From an uncultured Enterobacterales bacterium (GTDB lineage: Bacteria > Myxococcota_A > UBA796 > UBA2385): 64,000 nucleotides of DNA. This document shows positions 57,022 to 64,000 of this stretch, piece by piece. Below the pieces are notes generated by a model that saw nothing but the letters and a program-made list of their open reading frames with translations, was not told the DNA's origin and did no database searches. Made by a program: the position numbers and the translations under genes. Every line of letters starts with the position of its first letter. Within the stretch, counting starts at the first letter, position 1. Where the stretch lies: positions 3,130-67,129 of the forward strand of contig CAYXGP010000002.1 in the NCBI GenBank assembly GCA_964464515.1. The letters are read 5' to 3'.

Positions 57022-57996
57022 ATGGGATACGGAAGCTACAGCCACGAAGCCCACCGCGCGATCACCCGCACCCGCGCGAAGCTCCCCCGCCAGGAGGTCT
57101 TCAAGCAGCGGACCTGCCATCCGCTGATGGACCCGCAGGGCGTGGGGCTGCGAGAGAGCCGCGACAGCGACGCGCACCCCCGGTCGGTGGGGGTGGTGTT
57201 CGCGCTGGACGTCACCGGCTCGATGGGCGCCATCCCCGACACCCTCGCCCGCAAGGAGCTGCCCGGCTTCATGCGCACCCTGATGGACTGCGGCGTCGAA
57301 GACCCGCAGCTCCTGTTCATGGCCGTGGGCGACGCCTACTCCGACGCCGCTCCGCTGCAGGTGGGGCAGTTCGAGTCGGCCGCCGAGAAGATGGACCAGT
57401 GGCTCACCTGGAGCTACCTCGAGGGCAAGGGGGGCGCGTTCGGCGCCGAATCCTATGAGCTGGCGCTGTACTTCGCGGCGCGCCACATCGAGATGGACTG
57501 CTGGCTGCAGCGGCAGCGCCGCGGCTACCTGTTCATGACCGGCGACGAGCTGCCCTATCCGCAGGTCTCCCGCAGCCAGGTGCGGCGGCTGATCGGCGAC
57601 GAGCTGGAGGAGGATCTCCCGCTGGCGCCGATCGTCTCCGAGGTCGAGGAGCGGTTTGAGCCCTTCTTCCTGATCCCCGATCAGCGCCGTCGGGCCCACT
57701 GCGAGCGGGCCTGGCGCGATCTGCTGGGCGACCACGTGATCTGCATGGACACACCCGAGGACACCTGCCGGGTAGCCTCCGGGCTGGTGGCGCTGTGCGA
57801 GGGCGCTGTCCGCGATCTGGATGAGCTGGCCGAGCGGATGAAGGCGATGGGCGTGCCCCGCAAGCGCCTCGGAGCGGTCATCCGAGCGCTCACGCCCTTC
57901 GCCGCCAGCCGCGCCCTCGACAGCGCCCCCGAGCCCCGACTGGAGGAGGCGCCGCTGCCCGACGGCGACGAGAAGAGCGGACACCGACGCGCGTGA
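57022..57996 (+). CDS. von Willebrand factor type A (vWA) domain protein with a MIDAS motif
   Basis: VVFALDVTGSMG (DxTGS), LFMAVGD, LFMTGDE. GGAGG RBS 7 nt upstream of the ATG. Confidence 0.8.
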   Translation: MGYGSYSHEAHRAITRTRAKLPRQEVFKQRTCHPLMDPQGVGLRESRDSDAHPRSVGVVFALDVTGSMGAIPDTLARKELPGFMRTLMDCGVEDPQLLFMAVGDAYSDAAPLQVGQFESAAEKMDQWLTWSYLEGKGGAFGAESYELALYFAARHIEMDCWLQRQRRGYLFMTGDELPYPQVSRSQVRRLIGDELEEDLPLAPIVSEVEERFEPFFLIPDQRRRAHCERAWRDLLGDHVICMDTPEDTCRVASGLVALCEGAVRDLDELAERMKAMGVPRKRLGAVIRALTPFAASRALDSAPEPRLEEAPLPDGDEKSGHRRA

Positions 57997-59342
57997 GTGA
58001 AGCCTGGCTCGTCGCCGATCTGGGCTTCGGCGACGCCGGCAAGGGCACGATCACCGACTTCCTGGTCCGCGACCGCGGCGCGCGCGCGGTGATCCGCTGG
58101 AACGGCGGCGCGCAGGCCGGCCACAACGTGGTCACCCCCGACGGACGGCACCACACCTTCGCGCAATTCGGCGCGGGCACGTTCGTCGCGGGGGCGCGCA
58201 CCCACCTGGCATGCGACGTGGTGATCCACCCGCTGGCCCTCTGGATCGAGGCGGCGGTGCTGCGGCGCTCCGGCGTCTCGGACGCCCTCGATCGCCTCAC
58301 CATCTCGGAGCAGGCCCGCTGCATCACTCCCTTCCACCAGGCCGCCGGGCGGCTGCGGGAGCTGGCCCGGGGAGCAGAAGCCCACGGCACCTGCGGGGTG
58401 GGTGTCGGCGAGACGGTGGCCGACGCGCTGGCCGGGAGGGTGCTCCGCGCCGGAGCGCTGGCCCGCGGCTCCCGGAGGGATCTCCTGCGCCATCTGCGCC
58501 GACAGCAGCGCCTCAAGCGAGAGACCCTGGACGACATCCTGCGCGCCCTCGGCGATCACCCGCTGGCGCAGCCGGAGCGTGAGATCCTCGAAGATCCGGC
58601 TGTGCCCGCGCGCTGGCTGGAGGCCCTGGCGCCGCTGCGGGCCCGCTGGCGGGTGGTGTCCCCCGGAGCCATCGCGGATCTGCTCGCCGCGCCGGTCGTC
58701 TTCGAGGGCGCCCAGGGGGTGCTGCTCGACGAGTGGGTCGGCTTTCATCCCCACACCACCTGGAGCACCTGCACCGTCCAGCCGGCCCTGGATCTGCTGC
58801 GCGCCCACGGCTTCGCTGGGAAGGTTCACCGCCTGGGGGTGCTGCGGACGTTCACCCCCCGACACGGCGCGGGGCCGCTGCCATCGCAGGCCGCCGCGCT
58901 GGCCGACCTCCCCGAGCCCCACAACGACGCGGAGGGCTGGCAGGGCGACTTCCGACGAGGCTGGCTGGACCTCGTGCTGCTGCGCTACGCGCTGGCAGTC
59001 TGCCCGGTGGACGCCCTCGCGGTGACACACCTCGATCGACTGCGACCCGGCTGGCGATACTGCGGATCCTGGCGCGCGCGGCACCCGCTGCCCCCCGCGC
59101 TGCTGCGCGCCGATCCCCACGATCCCCGGCGCGCGCTGGGGATCCGCCCTGGCCCCCGGCGCGATCTGGCGCGGCAGGCCCGCCTCACGGCCGCCATCCA
59201 GGACGTCTGGGCCGAGACCGCTCCCCTGCCCGATCGCTTCATCCCCTGGCTCGAAGACGCGCTGGAGCGACCGGTGCGCCTCCTGTCGTCCGGGTCCACC
59301 GCCGCTCGTAAGCGCTGGAGGGGGGCACCACCCGACGGATGA
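57993..59342 (+). CDS. Divergent adenylosuccinate-synthetase (PurA) family GTP-dependent ligase, substrate unknown
   Basis: Collinear by eye with E. coli PurA: GFGDAGKGTITD, NGGAQAGHNV, GTCGVGVGE, FEGAQGVLLD, PRHGAGPLP, FRRGWLD, THLD, SSGS. GTG 57993 overlaps the vWA stop (GTGA). Confidence 0.75.
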   Translation: MSEAWLVADLGFGDAGKGTITDFLVRDRGARAVIRWNGGAQAGHNVVTPDGRHHTFAQFGAGTFVAGARTHLACDVVIHPLALWIEAAVLRRSGVSDALDRLTISEQARCITPFHQAAGRLRELARGAEAHGTCGVGVGETVADALAGRVLRAGALARGSRRDLLRHLRRQQRLKRETLDDILRALGDHPLAQPEREILEDPAVPARWLEALAPLRARWRVVSPGAIADLLAAPVVFEGAQGVLLDEWVGFHPHTTWSTCTVQPALDLLRAHGFAGKVHRLGVLRTFTPRHGAGPLPSQAAALADLPEPHNDAEGWQGDFRRGWLDLVLLRYALAVCPVDALAVTHLDRLRPGWRYCGSWRARHPLPPALLRADPHDPRRALGIRPGPRRDLARQARLTAAIQDVWAETAPLPDRFIPWLEDALERPVRLLSSGSTAARKRWRGAPPDG

Positions 59343-59384
59343 GATAGCCCCGATCGATGAGATAGAAGCCCCACGGGAGGACCC

Positions 59385-59984
59385 ATGGAGCAGGGAAAGT
59401 GCCGGGGATGTGGCGTGTGGCTCCAGCCGGAGTGGGTGGTCTGCCGCTACTGCGGGGCGCCCACCGGCCGTGAAGGTGCCGGCCCGGAGAGCTCGACGCA
59501 GCAGGCCCCCGAGAGGCCGGCGCCCCGAAGTCAGGCGCATCGCCCGATCGACGCAGCGCTCGATCTGGCCGAAGCGAAGACCCTGGTCGCCAACATCGAC
59601 GCGCGCTTCCCCGACATCGACGACCTGTACACCGGTGACAACATCCCGGACTCCAAGCTGTGCAACGCCCGAAAGACCTGCGAGGTCCCGGACGACGAGA
59701 CGATCCTGGTGCTGCTCGACGCCACGGTCTTCGGCTCGGCCAAGAACGCCATGCTGATCGGCACGCGCGCGATCTACCTGCACAACGACTGGGCCAGCGA
59801 CACCTCCGGGCGCTGGCGCGTGGGCTGGGAGGAGCTGGTGGACGCCACCCCCGAGGAGAGGGAGACCCACGAGGCCAGGGTCGGCCGCAAGGCCTGCCTG
59901 AACACCTCCGGCAGCAGCGCCGACCCCGACGAGGCGGCGGCGATCGCTGCGCTGGCACGTCAGATCCTGCTGGCACGCCGATGA
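59385..59984 (+). CDS. Zn-ribbon protein with an uncharacterised ~120-aa C-terminal domain
   Basis: CRGC..x9..CRYC ribbon. C-terminal ILVLLDATVFGSAKNAMLIGTRAIYLHN. GGGAGGA RBS. Its stop overlaps the cysM start (ATGA). Confidence 0.7.
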   Translation: MEQGKCRGCGVWLQPEWVVCRYCGAPTGREGAGPESSTQQAPERPAPRSQAHRPIDAALDLAEAKTLVANIDARFPDIDDLYTGDNIPDSKLCNARKTCEVPDDETILVLLDATVFGSAKNAMLIGTRAIYLHNDWASDTSGRWRVGWEELVDATPEERETHEARVGRKACLNTSGSSADPDEAAAIAALARQILLARR

Positions 59985-60895
59985 CCGGAGACATCGCGTC
60001 CCGCGTGGGAAACACCCCCCTGGTGCGGCTGTCGCGCGTGGTTCAGGGTCAGGTGCCCGAAGAAGTGGAGATCTGGGCCAAGCTGGAGTCGGCCAACCCC
60101 GGCGGCTCGGTCAAGGACCGCGCGGCCCTGTCGATGATCCGCGACGCTGAGCGCCGTGGTCACCTGCGGCCGGGGATGACCATCCTCGATGCGTCATCGG
60201 GCAACACCGGCATCGCCTACGGGATGCTCGCCGCGGCGCGCGGCTACCGGGTGGCGCTCTGTCTTCCATCCAACGCCAACGCCGAACGAAAAGCAGCCCT
60301 GCGCGCCTACGGAGTAGAGCTCATCGAGACCTCCCCGCTGGAGGGCAGCGACGGCGCGATCCGGCGCGCTCGCGCGCTGTTCGAGGCAGCGCCGCAGCGC
60401 TATCTGTACCTGGACCAATACAATAACGACGCCAACTGGCGCGCGCACTACGCCGGCACCGGCCCGGAGATCTGGTCGCAGACAGGCGGGCGCATCACCC
60501 ACTGGGTCACCTGCCTGGGCACCAGCGGCACCTTCGTGGGGGTGACACGCTTTCTGCGGGCTCGAGCCTCGCAGGTGTGGTGCGTCTCCGTCCAGCCCGA
60601 CGCGCCGTTCCACGGACTGGAGGGCCTCAAGCACATGGAGACGTCGATCGTGCCCGGCATCTACGATCCCGGCCTGGCCGACGAGAACCTCGGCGCGCCC
60701 ACCGAGGAGAGCTTCGCCCTGGTGCGACGCCTCGCGCGCGAGGAGGGTCTGCTGGTCGGCCCCAGCTCGGGTGCTGCGCTGTGGGGAGCCCTGCGGATCG
60801 GCCGCGATCTGCGCGAAGGCGTCGTGGTCACGCTGTTCCCCGACAGCGGCGAGCGCTACCTCTCCGAGCCCCACATCTGGAGCGAACCCGCGTGA
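59981..60895 (+). CDS. cysM: Cysteine synthase B-type PLP enzyme (CysM, CysO-thiocarboxylate-dependent type likely)
   Basis: VGNTPLVRL, PLP-Lys NPGGSVKDRAA, SSGNTG, GTSGT, GPSSGAA. Confidence 0.9.
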   Translation: MTGDIASRVGNTPLVRLSRVVQGQVPEEVEIWAKLESANPGGSVKDRAALSMIRDAERRGHLRPGMTILDASSGNTGIAYGMLAAARGYRVALCLPSNANAERKAALRAYGVELIETSPLEGSDGAIRRARALFEAAPQRYLYLDQYNNDANWRAHYAGTGPEIWSQTGGRITHWVTCLGTSGTFVGVTRFLRARASQVWCVSVQPDAPFHGLEGLKHMETSIVPGIYDPGLADENLGAPTEESFALVRRLAREEGLLVGPSSGAALWGALRIGRDLREGVVVTLFPDSGERYLSEPHIWSEPA

Positions 60896-61371
60896 CACCC
60901 CTGAAGATCACAGCCGCGGAGCTGGCCCGACTGCATGCCCACGTTGTCGAAGGCTACCCCTACGAGGTCGTGGGGATCCTGGCCGGCGACCGCGCATGCA
61001 TGCGCGTCGTGAGGGTACACCCGCTCGTCAATGAGCGCGCGGACAGCCCCCGAAACCGCTACCGCGTGAGCGGCCTGCTGCTGATGCGCGCCGAGCAGAC
61101 GCTGGGCGAGGAAGGGCTGGAGGTGGTGGGCTACTACCACTCCCACCCCGACCACCCCGCGATGTACTCCGACCATGATCGAGAGCACGCGCTGCCCAAC
61201 ATGAGCTATGTGATCGCCAGCGTGCGCGATGGGAGCGTCGTTGACACGCGCTGCTGGCGACTGCGGGAGGACCGCTCAGTCATGGACGCACAGCCATTTC
61301 AGCCATTTCAGCCCGCTCAACCCAATCAGCCAACTCAAACAGTCCAACCCATCCAAGAGGGCGCACCATGA
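60892..61371 (+). CDS. mec: JAMM/MPN+ metalloprotease (Mec-like)
   Basis: EVVG Glu and the HSHPDHPAMYSDHD JAMM motif. GTGA overlap with cysM. Q-x-x repeat tail. Confidence 0.88.
   Translation: MTPLKITAAELARLHAHVVEGYPYEVVGILAGDRACMRVVRVHPLVNERADSPRNRYRVSGLLLMRAEQTLGEEGLEVVGYYHSHPDHPAMYSDHDREHALPNMSYVIASVRDGSVVDTRCWRLREDRSVMDAQPFQPFQPAQPNQPTQTVQPIQEGAP
61291..61353. repeat. 9-nt x7 degenerate tandem repeat (CAGCCATTT-like) encoding QPF QPF QPA QPN QPT QTV QPI
   Basis: Read directly. It forms the C-terminal tail of the JAMM protein and is locally AT-richer. Confidence 0.85.
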
Positions 61372-61652
61372 GCACCCCGATCACCATACCCACCGCGCTC
61401 CGCGCCTACACCGGGGGCGAGGCTACCGTGCATGTAGACGGCGACACCGTGACCGACGCGCTGGACTCGCTCACCACCCGCTACGACGGCCTCGCCCGCC
61501 ACCTGCGCGACGATGCCGGTCGGCTGCGCAGCTTCGTCAACGTCTACCTGGGCGACGAGGACATCCGCTTCCTGAGCGACGGCGCGCAGACACGCCTGAA
61601 GCCCGGCGACGCCCTCGTCATCGTGCCCAGCATCGCCGGGGGTGTCGCGTGA
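61368..61652 (+). CDS. cysO: ThiS/MoaD-fold sulfur-carrier protein (CysO-like) ending AGG-VA
   Basis: 94 aa with a beta-grasp pattern. C-terminus VIVPSIAGGVA. ATGA overlap upstream and GTGA overlap downstream. Confidence 0.85.
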   Translation: MSTPITIPTALRAYTGGEATVHVDGDTVTDALDSLTTRYDGLARHLRDDAGRLRSFVNVYLGDEDIRFLSDGAQTRLKPGDALVIVPSIAGGVA

Positions 61653-62791
61653 CCGGCCTGCCTGAGCTCGATCACTGGGACATCGCCCGCTACTCACGCC
61701 ACCTCATCCTCGACGAGGTGGGGATGGAGGGGCAGCGACGCCTCAAGGGCGGCGCAGTGCTCTGTGTGGGCACCGGCGGACTGGGCAGCCCGCTGCTGCT
61801 GTATCTGGCCGCCGCCGGAGTGGGCCGAATCGGCGTCGTCGACTTCGACGTGGTGGATGAGTCCAATCTACAGAGGCAGGTGCTGCACGGCACCTCCTCC
61901 GTGGGGAGGCCAAAGGTAGAGAGCGCACGCGCACGCATCCTGGACATCAACCCCCGGTGCCAGGTCGATGTCTACGAGACCGCGATTCGTTCAGATAATG
62001 CTCTGGAGATCGTTGCGCCGTATGACGTCGTCGTAGATGGGACGGACAACTTCCCGACCCGCTACCTCGTCAACGATGCATGCGTCATCATGGGCAAGCC
62101 CAACGTCTACGGGTCCATCTTCAAATTCGAGGGGCAGGCGAGCGTCTTCAACTACCGCGGAGGACCCAACTACCGCGATCTGTACCCCGAGCCCCCACCC
62201 CCGGGTCTGGTGCCCTCCTGCGCGGAGGGCGGCGTGCTGGGGATCCTCCCCGGGGTCATCGGCTGCATCCAGGCCACCGAGACGATCAAGATTCTGCTGA
62301 ATCAGGGCGACACCCTGTCGGGCCGCCTGCTGCTGTACGACGCCATGCAGATGACGTTCCGCACGCTCAAGCTGCGGTGCGATCCAAACCGCGCGCCCAT
62401 CACCGAGCTGATCGACTACCAGCAATTCTGCGGGTTCCCCGCTGCAGACACCGAGCCCACAGCCGAGCCGTTCGAGCGCTTGGACGTCGCCACGATCGCC
62501 GCCGCGCGGGCGGACGGCTGGCGGCCGTTCGTGCTGGACGTTCGTCGAACGCACGAGGCGGAGATCGTCTCGCTGGGGTGGGCCGACGCCCTGATCCCCC
62601 ACGGAGACGTCGCCGCGAACCTCGATCGCATCCCCAGGGGCCGCGACATCCTGGTGCACTGCAAGATGGGCGGGCGATCCGCCAAGGCTGCCCGGGTGCT
62701 GGCCGACGCCGGCTACCAGCGGGTGGTCAACATGGAAGGCGGGATCACCGCCTGGGCGACCGAGATCGACCCGCGTCTGCCCACCTACTGA
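61649..62791 (+). CDS. moeZ: MoeZ/MoeB-type E1-like adenylyltransferase with a C-terminal rhodanese domain
   Basis: RYSRHLIL, GTGGLGSP nucleotide loop, DESNLQRQ, SCAEGGVLG. Rhodanese active-site loop HCKMGGRS. Confidence 0.9.
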   Translation: MTGLPELDHWDIARYSRHLILDEVGMEGQRRLKGGAVLCVGTGGLGSPLLLYLAAAGVGRIGVVDFDVVDESNLQRQVLHGTSSVGRPKVESARARILDINPRCQVDVYETAIRSDNALEIVAPYDVVVDGTDNFPTRYLVNDACVIMGKPNVYGSIFKFEGQASVFNYRGGPNYRDLYPEPPPPGLVPSCAEGGVLGILPGVIGCIQATETIKILLNQGDTLSGRLLLYDAMQMTFRTLKLRCDPNRAPITELIDYQQFCGFPAADTEPTAEPFERLDVATIAAARADGWRPFVLDVRRTHEAEIVSLGWADALIPHGDVAANLDRIPRGRDILVHCKMGGRSAKAARVLADAGYQRVVNMEGGITAWATEIDPRLPTY

Positions 62792-64000
62792 GTCGGCAGC
62801 CACACCTCGAACAGCGCGCCGCCGCCCGGCGCATCGCGCGCATCCACGGTGCCGCGGTGCTCCTCCACCAGACGTCGAACGATCGCCAGCCCGAGACCGG
62901 TGCCGGTGTCGGTGCCGGACACGCCCACGTCGAACAGCGTCTCGCGCAGCTCCGGGGGGAGCCCGGGGCCCTCGTCGCGAACGCTCCACCCCACGCGATC
63001 GGTCTCCACCCGCACCTCCACGAGGACATGACCGCCCCGCGGACTGTGCTGCAGCGCGTTCACCAGGAGGTTCTGGAGCACCCTGCCCAGATCGCGATCG
63101 TCGCCGAGCGTCCGGGCCTCCCGGGGGGCGTCCACCAGCAGCGCGACCCCCCGCGAGCGGGCCTGGACGTAGAGCGGCGCGCAGACCCGACGCGTCAGCT
63201 CACCCAGCTCCACCGTGAGCCGCTCACCGCGTGCCTTCAGCGCTTTTCCGGTCAGCTCCAGGGCGCTCCTGGCGGCCTCCTCGATCATCTTCACCATGTC
63301 TCGGAACTCGAACGGATCGGCGCACTCGCCGAGGTACTGGGCCGCCAGCATGATGGATGACAGCGGGCTGCGCAGATCGTGGGCCAGACCCGAGGCGTGC
63401 TCGGCGCGCAGCCGAGCGCTGTTGAGCGCCTCCACCGCGAAACCGGCCAGCCCCTGGAGGAGCAGGGAGGTCTGCCCCAGCTCCCAGTCGGTGGTGCTGC
63501 GGCTGTCGACGTAGATCACGCCCAGCGTCTCGTGCTGGGAGATGAGCGGCACGCACAGCGCCGCGCGGATCCCCAGCGCCAGGACGCTGGGCGCCGCGCG
63601 CAGATCACCGCGCTCGTCGAGATCGGTCGCCATCACCTCGCAGCGGTTCTCAAACGCCCGCTCGACGATGGACATCGACGGCGCGCCCTCGGGGACGCCC
63701 TGCGGAGCAGACGCCACCACCGTGTACTCCTTCCCTCGGCGCTGGAGCACGTAGGCGCGGTCGGCACCCAGCAACGAGACCGCCGCGTCGGCGATGGCCA
63801 CCAGGAGCGAATCGACCCGCCGAAACCGCGAGAGCTGCATCGCCAGGTGCATGAGCTGAGCGATCTGGCTGGGCTTGAGCTCGGGGCCGGCCTCGCGGCT
63901 GATGCGACTGAGCAGGACATCCGCCCGCTTTCGCAGCGGGACCAGGTGGACCTCGTCGGCGTAGGCGGCCACCCGGCGGGCGTCGCGCTCCGCCTCGGCG
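62785..64000 (-). CDS. GAF-domain sensor histidine kinase (N-terminus possibly beyond the window)
   Basis: GAF region. H-box AHDLRSPLSSI, N-box LQNLLVNALQHS, G1 RDEGPGL, G2 GTGLGLAIV. The reading frame stays open from GTG 63972 to the window edge. Its stop overlaps the moeZ stop by 7 nt. Confidence 0.85.
   Translation of the reverse strand, partial: AEAERDARRVAAYADEVHLVPLRKRADVLLSRISREAGPELKPSQIAQLMHLAMQLSRFRRVDSLLVAIADAAVSLLGADRAYVLQRRGKEYTVVASAPQGVPEGAPSMSIVERAFENRCEVMATDLDERGDLRAAPSVLALGIRAALCVPLISQHETLGVIYVDSRSTTDWELGQTSLLLQGLAGFAVEALNSARLRAEHASGLAHDLRSPLSSIMLAAQYLGECADPFEFRDMVKMIEEAARSALELTGKALKARGERLTVELGELTRRVCAPLYVQARSRGVALLVDAPREARTLGDDRDLGRVLQNLLVNALQHSPRGGHVLVEVRVETDRVGWSVRDEGPGLPPELRETLFDVGVSGTDTGTGLGLAIVRRLVEEHRGTVDARDAPGGGALFEVWLPTQ

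Overview
Gene-dense, very GC-rich chromosomal segment. Almost every third codon position is G/C, and many long ORFs in the track are antisense or out-of-frame shadows. I call 57 protein-coding genes and one clear intrinsic terminator. I see no rRNA, tRNA, CRISPR, transposase, integrase or phage genes. Lineage hallmarks point to Myxococcota: a MYXO-CTERM sorting tail, MopE-type CDGxDNDCDG repeats with FG-GAP repeats, PEGA domains, FHA/GAF histidine kinases, pseudokinases and two ECF sigma/anti-sigma pairs. Housekeeping anchors are uvrC, lspA, aat, ETF-ubiquinone oxidoreductase, a SpoU methyltransferase, Hsp15, TlpA and a CysM/JAMM/CysO/MoeZ sulfur-carrier set. Candidates worth a second look: (1) At 56047-59342, a Zn-ribbon pseudokinase, a vWA protein and a divergent PurA-like ligase form a triad. 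It continues through a Zn-ribbon protein and a chain of 4-nt start/stop overlaps into the CysM-JAMM-CysO-MoeZ module, up to 62791. (2) At 5826-5937, a 15/18-nt tandem array sits directly after the TGA of a secreted caspase gene and encodes (L)LLLET repeats with coding-like codon usage in that gene's frame. (3) In-frame 15-nt (also 18/12/9-nt) tandem repeats recur window-wide at the termini and linkers of unrelated genes. (4) An ABC-2 exporter operon is interrupted by a lipoprotein, ECF sigma and anti-sigma insert, and is preceded by a STAND-like TPR protein with a Lys-less Walker A. (5) A four-gene overlapped operon contains a 71-aa Tat-exported Cys/His mini-protein. All functional calls come from reading motifs by eye. 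No database search was possible.
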